From the IMG/VR virus record IMGVR_UViG_3300045974_000132, positions 1 to 64,000 of that record: a stretch of 64,000 nt of DNA, one strand, 5' to 3'. Both the position numbers and the translations under genes were made by a program. The notes beneath the pieces are model-generated. The model was given only the letters and a program-made list of their open reading frames with translations. It did not search any database and was not told where the DNA came from. Every line of letters starts with the position of its first letter. Within the stretch, counting starts at the first letter, position 1. Positions 19,020-26,610 of this stretch are shown piece after piece.

Positions 19020-19494
19020 TGCTTTAGTCTTAGACTTCGACGGTGCTCTATTCCCACGAAGATTCTTTTTAACTCCGACGGGTGCTGATCCTGTATTGGT
19101 ACAAGTAATAAATACATTGTGCCAACACTATGATTTCCGAATCGTTATCTCAGCAGGCATGCAAGAACAAGGTATAGATAAGTGTAAAGAAGAGTTAAGC
19201 AAAGCAGGTATTAGTGCAGACTATGTTATGCCTAATAACTGGTCGACTCTAAGCGTAGGCTTTCATATACGCGACCGATACAAGCAGGTTGAACGCTGGT
19301 ACGATCAGTATAAAGATTCAATTGGTAGGATGTTGATCTTTGATGATGAACATTGCCCATTCCAATCGCCTATAGCTGCTTACTGGATGAGGTGTGATGA
19401 AGAACACGGATTACGCTTATTCGATCTTACTACTCTGTACGGTGAATACTCAAAATTAATGGAACATAAAGAAGACATAAATGAAAACAAGTGA
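18988..19494 (+). CDS. HAD-superfamily phosphatase (HAD_SAK-like)
   Basis: Motif I LVLDFDGAL, motif II FRIVISAG, motif IV MLIFDDE; ATAGGA RBS. Confidence 0.75.
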   Translation: MAAIPPKTKYNALVLDFDGALFPRRFFLTPTGADPVLVQVINTLCQHYDFRIVISAGMQEQGIDKCKEELSKAGISADYVMPNNWSTLSVGFHIRDRYKQVERWYDQYKDSIGRMLIFDDEHCPFQSPIAAYWMRCDEEHGLRLFDLTTLYGEYSKLMEHKEDINENK

Positions 19495-20143
19495 TATTGT
19501 AAGGCAGCGTATTCTGGAAGCTAATGCTCCTTTCTTTGCAAATGACAACATCGCAAGCTTTGTAACGCCCGAAGAGTTGGCTGGTATTCAAGAAGAAGTT
19601 GAATTTCATATGGACAATCTACTTCGAGCTTTGGTAATCGACGTTGATAACGACCATAACTCGAACGGAACTGCCAAGCGCGTAGCAAAGATGTTTGTGC
19701 GCGAGTTCTACAAAGGCCGTTACGTTGAAATGCCTAACGTTACTGTCTTTCCTAATGCTAAGAAGATTGACCAACTGTATATCGTTGGCCCTGTTAGCGT
19801 TAAGAGTACGTGCAGCCATCATCTAGTACCTATCGTAGGTAAGGTATGGGTCGGTTGCATTCCGGGCGACGATCTAAGCGGCTTATCGAAGTTTGCTCGT
19901 TTAGCTGAATGGATTTTTCGTCGTCCTCAAATTCAAGAAGAAGCTACCCAACAGTTGGCAGAACTTCTTGAAGAGATTCTCAAGCCTAAAGCTTTAGCTC
20001 TCATTGTCAAAGCACAACATATGTGTATGTGCCATCGTGGTGTAGAAGACCCGGACAGTGAGCATACAACCAGTTACATGGGTGGTGCCTTTAAGCAAGA
20101 TCCGGCACTGCGTATGGAATTCTTGACACTGATGAACAAATGA
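19481..20143 (+). CDS. folE: GTP cyclohydrolase I
   Basis: TAKRVAKMF, VKSTCSHHLVPIVG, GLSKFARL...RRPQIQEEAT, AQHMCMCHRGV (Zn ligands intact). Confidence 0.95.
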   Translation: MKTSDIVRQRILEANAPFFANDNIASFVTPEELAGIQEEVEFHMDNLLRALVIDVDNDHNSNGTAKRVAKMFVREFYKGRYVEMPNVTVFPNAKKIDQLYIVGPVSVKSTCSHHLVPIVGKVWVGCIPGDDLSGLSKFARLAEWIFRRPQIQEEATQQLAELLEEILKPKALALIVKAQHMCMCHRGVEDPDSEHTTSYMGGAFKQDPALRMEFLTLMNK

Positions 20144-21075
20144 TTAGCACACTCACACTGCCGTATTTGACTTGTATTGACCATGCTTACGTGGATGATA
20201 TTGGACGTATTCGTGGTCGTTCATACCATGCTTCCTTCACAGTATCGGGTAAGGTTGATGAAGAAGGTGAGAAGGTTGTTGTAGACTTCTCTAAGGTAAA
20301 GAAGCTCATTAAGTCGATTGTCGATGACCATGAGTACGGATTCGACCACAAGCTTTGGGTTGATTCTAATTGCAAAGAAGATGCAAACCCTAGAATTGCT
20401 ACACCCTTTGCACTTCTAAATATTCCAGAGAATGCAATACGCTCTTTCCCTAAAGCTACACATGTACATGCTTCTTCGGCGTGTTTTATCATAGCCCAGC
20501 ATGTACAGGATGTTCTGCTAAATGTTCACGGTATTGAGGTAGACATTAAGTGTGCCCTAAATACCAGCCCTCTGTTTATTCAAGCAGGTGGTGTCTACGG
20601 AATGTTTAGCTACGTTCATGGCCTGCGCGATAGTTCAGCATACGGTTGTCAGAATCTAGCACATGGACATCTTAGTTATCTGCAATTGATTCCTAAGGTG
20701 GACATTATTCGCATGGTCGTTGATCCTGTTCATTGTGCTGATGAAGATAATGCTTTAACAGCCCTTGATAAAGTATGCAATGAAATCTGCAAAGACCTGG
20801 ACGATACGATTTTCATATACGGTGCTAATGTTTGGACAGCAAGCACTGACGAGGTGTCTATTGCTTATACTTCCAAGTCACGCGGATCTATGGGCGGTAA
20901 GTTCAAGAATAACGAGCGTCAAAAGACGGTAGTTCTTGAAACAGAAACTACTGTTGAATACCTTGCAGAATATATCAATGCTAAGTATGGTGAGCTTTTA
21001 CGTGAAGCCGGCGTTGATAAGTTTATCGTAAGTGAGGGCCTTTCTAAGGGTGTTCTGTTTGAAGTAACGTCTTAA
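20140..21075 (+). CDS. queD: QueD-like 6-carboxytetrahydropterin synthase, tandem T-fold type
   Basis: IDHAY...RGRSY.ASFTVSG...VVDFSKVKK.IK...DHKL and a second half FSYVHGL....YGCQNLAHGH; translationally coupled to folE (ATGA). Confidence 0.75.
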   Translation: MISTLTLPYLTCIDHAYVDDIGRIRGRSYHASFTVSGKVDEEGEKVVVDFSKVKKLIKSIVDDHEYGFDHKLWVDSNCKEDANPRIATPFALLNIPENAIRSFPKATHVHASSACFIIAQHVQDVLLNVHGIEVDIKCALNTSPLFIQAGGVYGMFSYVHGLRDSSAYGCQNLAHGHLSYLQLIPKVDIIRMVVDPVHCADEDNALTALDKVCNEICKDLDDTIFIYGANVWTASTDEVSIAYTSKSRGSMGGKFKNNERQKTVVLETETTVEYLAEYINAKYGELLREAGVDKFIVSEGLSKGVLFEVTS

Positions 21076-21087
21076 GGACATTTCAAA

Positions 21088-21633
21088 ATGGAAATATCAA
21101 GACGCGGGTTTCTAAAGCTATTTGCTACGCTACCCGCTGCTTTTGCTGTAACGCAACTAACACCAGCGTTTGCTAAAATCCCGGACTTAACGCCGATAGT
21201 CGTTCCAGAGACCAAAGAAGACTTTGGATTCTTTGATATATCGGACATTGAGATTAGGTTCTCTGACTTTCGCGTGTATGCTTCGTCTATGAATGTTGTT
21301 CATAATCATGGACCATCCTTCAGAACGCCCTATGAAGTTGTATCGGACGAACGTGGCCAATACTTATACTCAGAACTGCGAATACAAACTACTTCCCTAA
21401 CGGGTAGATGCTTTGCCAATCTAGGTGATAAGCTAAGAACTTGGTTTGAAGCGGCTAGGAATATGGGTCCTCCTGACTCTTATAAGAAAGATGCTGAAAT
21501 CTGGTATAAGGGTGAGCGTATTGCTACCTTAAAAGGCGCCTTCCTTAAGTCAATAGAAGCTCAAATGTTCGGTAATCTGATGAACTTTGATTTTACAATG
21601 AGCTATGATGTGTTGGAACATTTAAATGGATAA
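21088..21633 (+). CDS. Twin-arginine (Tat) signal protein with a T4 gp19-like tail-tube-type domain
   Basis: MEI-SRRGFLK-hydrophobic-AFA signal; C-terminal W...A...G.P.SYKKDAEI....LKGAF..SI.....F.FTMSYD resembles the gp19 family. Signal call is strong, tube call moderate. Confidence 0.6.
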   Translation: MEISRRGFLKLFATLPAAFAVTQLTPAFAKIPDLTPIVVPETKEDFGFFDISDIEIRFSDFRVYASSMNVVHNHGPSFRTPYEVVSDERGQYLYSELRIQTTSLTGRCFANLGDKLRTWFEAARNMGPPDSYKKDAEIWYKGERIATLKGAFLKSIEAQMFGNLMNFDFTMSYDVLEHLNG

Positions 21634-22189
21634 CAAACATTACGGTCTAATTGGGGCCCACCGCGTAGGTAAGACGACTTCTGCTCAGAAGTTTGCAGTA
21701 TCACCTCATATAGCCTACTTACAGATTGATACCAATGCAATCTTTGTAGAGCTTGGCTTCAATCCTAAAGATCAATACGATATTGAAACACGATTGACCA
21801 TCCAAGAGCAATTGATTGAGCGTGTAGAACCTCAGTATCGGGATAACAGTTGCAGCATAACAGATCGTACTCCGATAGACTTCTTGATCTACATGCTTGC
21901 GGATGTTACGCGTGACTTTCCTTCACGCTTGGAAGAACGTTTTGCTGCATATCAAAAGCGGTGCATTGATATGTACTTCCAGTACTTCCAACGAGGTTGT
22001 GTTATACAGCCAGGTATCCCGATAATTGATGTTGCAAAGTCGGCTCCACCTAGTGTTGCTTACATAGCACACCTAAATCATATCGCTGTTGGGCTGGCTA
22101 ACGCTCTCAACATTGATGTAATGCCGATTCATATTCTTGATCTTGAAGAACGTGATGAATATCTAACTGCAATCTTTCTTCCTTATTAA
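21626..22189 (+). CDS. P-loop nucleotide kinase-like protein (dNMP kinase/AAA_28-like)
   Basis: YGLIGAHRVGKTT Walker A; ITDRTPIDFLIY (DR motif of dNMP/TMP kinases). Confidence 0.75.
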   Translation: MDNKHYGLIGAHRVGKTTSAQKFAVSPHIAYLQIDTNAIFVELGFNPKDQYDIETRLTIQEQLIERVEPQYRDNSCSITDRTPIDFLIYMLADVTRDFPSRLEERFAAYQKRCIDMYFQYFQRGCVIQPGIPIIDVAKSAPPSVAYIAHLNHIAVGLANALNIDVMPIHILDLEERDEYLTAIFLPY

Positions 22190-22191
22190 AA

Positions 22192-22422
22192 ATGCCCAAT
22201 ACAAATACTGCGGAAGTTCAAGTCCAAACGAAACTGGATCGTTTGAATAAGCTATTGCGTAATCCTAAGTTGAAGCTCCCGTCTTTTCGACAGGAAGTAT
22301 CTTCATCTTTTGGTAATCTACACTGGCTCAAGGCAAAGCTCCCTAAGAATCCAGACTGCGATACTGAGTTGAAAGCTTTGCTCAATCTTGATCCTAAGTC
22401 ATTGCTTGAACCTATCAATTAA
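22192..22422 (+). CDS. Hypothetical protein
   Basis: 76 aa ORF in operon. Confidence 0.55.
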   Translation: MPNTNTAEVQVQTKLDRLNKLLRNPKLKLPSFRQEVSSSFGNLHWLKAKLPKNPDCDTELKALLNLDPKSLLEPIN

Positions 22423-22432
22423 GGTGTAATGT

Positions 22433-22738
22433 ATGTGTGCGTTTCGTCGAGCAGGTCCGCCAAAAGTTAAAACGGTCTCTAAGATCAGACGCACACGTAC
22501 CCAAGCCTATGGTAGTAATTGGGACGCAACTAGCGCACAAACAATTAGTTTAGCGGGACATCGGTGTAGTCGATGCGGTACTGCTGGTAGTAAGACTAAC
22601 AAACTACGGGCACACCATGTAATTCAAGTGTCTAAGGGTGGAAAGACAATACCCTTTTATTTGAAATGCCTGTGCGATAACTGCCATGAACTTCAACCTG
22701 GGCATGGACATCTAAGAGAAAGAAGATTAAAGAAATGA
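22433..22738 (+). CDS. Small Zn-binding HNH endonuclease
   Basis: HRCSRCG...AHHVIQVSKGG.....LKCLCDNCH; the usual Asn before LxxLC is Tyr here. Confidence 0.8.
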   Translation: MCAFRRAGPPKVKTVSKIRRTRTQAYGSNWDATSAQTISLAGHRCSRCGTAGSKTNKLRAHHVIQVSKGGKTIPFYLKCLCDNCHELQPGHGHLRERRLKK

Positions 22739-23043
22739 TAAGCAAGAAACATACACTGCTAACCCTTAAAGCCCTAGCTGTTTGTAAGCCCACATACCGT
22801 GAAGCCCATCAAAGCTTACGGGCTATATCTAAGCTGTGCAACATTGAGGGTGCCACCGGAGAGCTTAAAGTACGAGGAGCTTTAGAGAATCATGTTAAAG
22901 CTCGACGTATGGAACGAGTTACTGACCGGATTACTGATAAGTTTGCATACCGTATTACCCAACAAGGGTTGGATTACATAGAAACAAACAACCTTGAAGC
23001 GTATATTGCGGAGCAAGAAGAAGAGGCTGTTGAAAGTGTCTAA
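22735..23043 (+). CDS. Putative winged-helix DNA-binding protein
   Basis: VRGALENHVKARRMERV...YRITQQGLDYI is typical of a wHTH wing. Confidence 0.55.
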   Translation: MISKKHTLLTLKALAVCKPTYREAHQSLRAISKLCNIEGATGELKVRGALENHVKARRMERVTDRITDKFAYRITQQGLDYIETNNLEAYIAEQEEEAVESV

Positions 23044-23151
23044 ACTTTCTGAAAAATACTAATTTCAGGAAGTAGTCGGACACATCATACTCTTGTGAAT
23101 GCTCTGCGCGTGGTCATGCCGCGTTAGACCTTTAATTGTCACATAAAATTG

Positions 23152-23309
23152 GTGTACGGTGTAGTTGATGTTTCGACAAAAGGTGTCGGGCTTTTAGCCG
23201 GAACGCTCTACACAAGTTGTATACCCATTTTGTTGGGGAACAAAAAGTATGCAGCCGGGGCCTCATTGCAAAGTGAGGCCTTCGAGTGCTTATTTTAGTC
23301 CTCGTACAC
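23152..23309 (+). ncRNA. Candidate structured non-coding RNA or structured leader
   Basis: Nested stems: GTGTACG 23152-58 / CGTACAC 23303-09; GTGTAG 23159-64 / CTACAC 23208-13 enclosing CGACA/TGTCG and GGC/GCC; GTTGTATAC 23216-24 / GTATGCAGC 23247-55 enclosing TTTTGTT/AACAAAA; GGCCTCATT-GCAA-AGTGAGGCC 23259-80. Strand is assumed. Confidence 0.5.
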
Positions 23310-23331
23310 TTACAAGATAAAAGGTCACACT

Positions 23332-23559
23332 ATGGCAACAAAGAACTGCGGCAATTGCAAATACATCCATCTAATTGAAGGCCAAGCTTACCATGATTGC
23401 CGGGAAAGCTCTCCTACTGTTATTGTTCCTTCATTTAAACCCGGTGAAGGCAACCATGCAAAGAGTCAACTAGGTAAGATCATGACGGTATGGCCCCGAG
23501 TTTCAGAAACGGAAAAAGGCTGTGGCAAATTTGCAAGTAAAGAAAGCACAGAGGCCTAA
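23332..23559 (+). CDS. Small Cys-rich hypothetical protein
   Basis: NCGNCKY...CRESSP...WPRV....GCGKF; AAAGG RBS. Confidence 0.7.
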   Translation: MATKNCGNCKYIHLIEGQAYHDCRESSPTVIVPSFKPGEGNHAKSQLGKIMTVWPRVSETEKGCGKFASKESTEA

Positions 23560-23800
23560 GTATAAAGTGCGCGTCTATGTAAGTATTGTGCAGACAGTAC
23601 CGCATGACGAAGAGGGCAGGCTTTCAAAAGTAATTGAGCGGTTTACTGATCGTGTAATTGGAATTCGTAGGATTGTTATACAAGAGTTTGATGCTCTTGC
23701 TAAACGTTCTAGCAAAATACAAGGCTTTACAGACATAAAACTTCTTAATGGGAGTGTTCGGACAATCGCTACTGAGTTCCTTAAATTTAGGGAGCTATAA
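23522..23800 (+). CDS. Hypothetical protein (start uncertain)
   Basis: 92 aa basic ORF filling the gap. Confidence 0.5.
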   Translation: MANLQVKKAQRPKYKVRVYVSIVQTVPHDEEGRLSKVIERFTDRVIGIRRIVIQEFDALAKRSSKIQGFTDIKLLNGSVRTIATEFLKFREL

Positions 23801-23801
23801 T

Positions 23802-24122
23802 ATGGTAGAGGTCTTCAAAGGCCTTACGCAAGAATATAAAGAAATGCTGATGACTCGTTTTAATCCCGAGAGGATTGACGAAGAGTTTAGCCCACATGAA
23901 GTAAGGTTGATTATATTCTTTAACGATTCGCGGGACAGGCAGATTCATTCGCCGGATTTAAGATTTATTTTGTCTGCTCACTTTTCCAATTTTGGCTTTT
24001 TTATACCGTCAGGTAACTCCGTTCTTATTTCGTTTAGATTGAATCCTAAATTTAATAAGTATGATGAACAAGACCTTAGTAAAAAACTTAGTGGGAAAGG
24101 GGCGGGGTATTGTAGCAGTTAA
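23802..24122 (+). CDS. Hypothetical protein
   Basis: ATG at 23802 preceded by GGAG, in frame with the 23748 ORF. Confidence 0.55.
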   Translation: MVEVFKGLTQEYKEMLMTRFNPERIDEEFSPHEVRLIIFFNDSRDRQIHSPDLRFILSAHFSNFGFFIPSGNSVLISFRLNPKFNKYDEQDLSKKLSGKGAGYCSS

Positions 24123-24426
24123 ACGAATTGTAAAAGGCTCCTTGATTGAGTCTTGTCCGGTTGCTCTGTTCTCAGTACCCTTAGGCAGTACTCACATACT
24201 AGAGACATACGCCTTTAGGTGGTCAAAGAATAAAGTAGCTATTGCCTTAGGGAACGGTAGCTTATACAATCACAGTTATACACCCAATGCGGAATACACT
24301 AAAGATATAAAGAATAAGGTATTACTGGTGTATGCTTTAAGAACCATCCTACCGGGTGAAGAAATATGTTTCAACTACAACGGGCATCCAGATAATAAGG
24401 CACCGTTGTGGTTTAAAGTAAAATGA
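24061..24426 (+). CDS. SET-domain protein (putative lysine methyltransferase)
   Basis: GKGRGIVAVKRIVKGSLI, SLYNHSYTPNA, YALRTILPGEEICFNY: GxG, NHS and ELxFxY motifs all present. Confidence 0.9.
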   Translation: MMNKTLVKNLVGKGRGIVAVKRIVKGSLIESCPVALFSVPLGSTHILETYAFRWSKNKVAIALGNGSLYNHSYTPNAEYTKDIKNKVLLVYALRTILPGEEICFNYNGHPDNKAPLWFKVK

Positions 24427-24465
24427 TTATTGGAAGTGAGCGGACTATCTCCTCCGTTCGACATT

Positions 24466-24501
24466 AGAGCAGCCTCCTTAGTTGGACGCTGCTCTTTTTT
24501 T
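24466..24501 (+). terminator. Intrinsic terminator ending the replication block
   Basis: AGAGCAGC...GCTGCTCT 8-bp stem followed by a T run. Confidence 0.75.
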
Positions 24502-24579
24502 GTCCTTGATTTCGTGAAAACAATACAAATTCTAATTTATTGGTAGGGTTACTTATCTATATTCAAATGGAGAAACGTA

Positions 24580-26274
24580 ATGGGTCTTCCATCCTCCCCA
24601 GGTAGTTATGTGATAGAGCGTGATCTATCACAGCGAGTTCGTGCTGTATCCACATCAATCGGTGCTATCGTCGGAGCCTCCAAGAAGGGCCCGATAATGA
24701 CACCTACACTGGTTACAAACAAACAAGAATTTATTGAGACATTCGGACCTCCCGATTGGCGTTTTAGCTTGATGCACTATGCGGCTCTAAAGTTTCTTGA
24801 GAATAGTAGCCAGCTATTAGTTACACGGGTCATCAATGATGATACCAATCACGGCCCTGTGCCGTTAACAGCCGGAGCTTTCTACTCTGTAGATTCAGTT
24901 ACGGCTGTAGCACCGCGTCCTACTCTGTCAGTATTTGACGATGCTAACGGTAATACTCTGGGTAAGTTTGATCCGTTCAATACGTATTCATTCAACCCAA
25001 ATCAACCGGGTATTGCAAACGTCTTATTCTTCATATGTGCTGTCGATCCGGGTGACTGGAATAACACTCTATACATTGAAGTACGCCCAGCTTACAAGGC
25101 AGGCTTGTCTTCATTCGATGAAACATATGATGATCCGTATTCATTCTGGATTGATGTATATGTTAATCATGACAACCCGCGTGATAAGCCTGTTGAGTCA
25201 TGGCTTGTAAAGCGCAACTCAGAGATTAACGGTTTCGGCAATCAGATGTTCATGGAAGATGTTATCAATAAAGCTTCCAAGTATATTCGTGTTCGCAATA
25301 ATGAGTTTGCTCCTACAACTGTTAAGGTTGTAGAACCTGCTAAGGTATTCCTTGAAGGTGGCACTAACGGTCACTATCTAGCTTTCGGTCAAGTAATGAG
25401 AGCATGGGATCTTTATAAGGATACTGAGCATATCAATGTCAATATCTTGATTCAAGGTGGTGCTCCGATCGGCATGAGCAACTTGCAAGATATTTGCGAC
25501 ATCCAACGTAAAATGGCAATCATTGCTGAAGAACGTATGGATGCTGTTGCGATTCTTGACATCCCTTCACCGGAACAAGAAACTGCCCGTGCTGTTGCAT
25601 ATGCTGTTCAAGAGCTAAACCTTGATAGTAGCTATGCTGCCATCTATACTTGTGACATACGAGTACCGGATGTGTACAACGACATGGAAGTCTGGGTTCC
25701 GCCTTCTGGTTATGTTGCTGCAAACTGTGCATTGACTGACGAACAATATGAAGTCTGGTTCTCACCGGCTGGTATGTATCGTGGTCGCATGGATGAAGTC
25801 AACAAATCAAAATACATTTACAACCAAGGTCATCGAGACGCCCTCGACTACGTAAATGTTAACGCTATTCGTTATTTCCCTAAAGGCCAAGGCTGGCGTA
25901 TTTGGGGATCGAATACCCTACAGAGTATGGCGTCTGCTCTGTCGGATCTGAATGTTCGTCGTCTGATGAACTTCATTGAAAAGTCCGTACGCATTGCCAA
26001 TATGTATAGCGTGTTTGACCCGAATGACCAAATTCTTCGTAGTCGGGTTACATCAATCATTGAACGTTTCTTATCTCCAATTAAGAACGCCGGTGGTCTA
26101 TATTGGTTCCAAGTTATTTGTGATGACAGCAATAACACAAGCGACACCATTGCAGCAGGCATTCTTGTTATTGATGCTTACTTCGATCCCGTTATTACTG
26201 CAAAACGAATTCATCTTCGTGCCAACTTAATGGCAACCGGCGCTGACTTTAAGTCCTATCTTATCAATAAATAA
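24580..26274 (+). CDS. Contractile tail sheath protein (T4 gp18-like)
   Basis: SPGSYVIERDLS, GAIVGASKKGP...LVTNK.EF.ETFG.P, WVPPSG.VAA, WFSPAG..RG, NVRRLMNFIEK, FQVICDDSNNT; GGAG RBS. Confidence 0.93.
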   Translation: MGLPSSPGSYVIERDLSQRVRAVSTSIGAIVGASKKGPIMTPTLVTNKQEFIETFGPPDWRFSLMHYAALKFLENSSQLLVTRVINDDTNHGPVPLTAGAFYSVDSVTAVAPRPTLSVFDDANGNTLGKFDPFNTYSFNPNQPGIANVLFFICAVDPGDWNNTLYIEVRPAYKAGLSSFDETYDDPYSFWIDVYVNHDNPRDKPVESWLVKRNSEINGFGNQMFMEDVINKASKYIRVRNNEFAPTTVKVVEPAKVFLEGGTNGHYLAFGQVMRAWDLYKDTEHINVNILIQGGAPIGMSNLQDICDIQRKMAIIAEERMDAVAILDIPSPEQETARAVAYAVQELNLDSSYAAIYTCDIRVPDVYNDMEVWVPPSGYVAANCALTDEQYEVWFSPAGMYRGRMDEVNKSKYIYNQGHRDALDYVNVNAIRYFPKGQGWRIWGSNTLQSMASALSDLNVRRLMNFIEKSVRIANMYSVFDPNDQILRSRVTSIIERFLSPIKNAGGLYWFQVICDDSNNTSDTIAAGILVIDAYFDPVITAKRIHLRANLMATGADFKSYLINK

Positions 26275-26297
26275 TATACAAAAGAAAGACTCACATA

Positions 26298-26597
26298 ATG
26301 GAAAATACACAATCTGTTCCTGTTACCGCTGAACAGCGTAATGCTGAGTTGAACAGTCTCCGTATGCAAACACTACTGGAGACTGTTACTGCTCAAAGGA
26401 ATGACTCTCAAAATAGCGTAGCTAATCTTGCAGCCGATAAAGCTGTATTGAATAAAGCTCTTAATGAGGTTGTTCAGGTAACAAAGATTCAAGAAGAAGC
26501 AATAAACAACTTGAATCACCGGATAGCTGATTTAACACAAGCTCTTTCAGAGGCACAAGAAGCCCTGCGTAAGTTTCAACCTGAATCTATTGATTAA
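26298..26597 (+). CDS. Coiled-coil hypothetical protein
   Basis: 99 aa heptad-rich ORF after the sheath. Confidence 0.65.
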   Translation: MENTQSVPVTAEQRNAELNSLRMQTLLETVTAQRNDSQNSVANLAADKAVLNKALNEVVQVTKIQEEAINNLNHRIADLTQALSEAQEALRKFQPESID

Positions 26598-26610
26598 TTT
26601 GGAGTTTTAA

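Noticed and set aside
19400-20200. preQ1 riboswitch upstream of folE/queD/queE
   Set aside because: These genes overlap their upstream neighbours, leaving no leader, and no preQ1 aptamer pattern was seen.
23152-23309. Possible tRNA (two TTCGA motifs)
   Set aside because: No cloverleaf with a 7-bp acceptor, D arm and anticodon arm at tRNA spacing; retained only as an unclassified structured element.
24427-24579. T4-type late promoter TATAAATA before the sheath gene
   Set aside because: Not present here, and I did not notice it in the other intergenic gaps.
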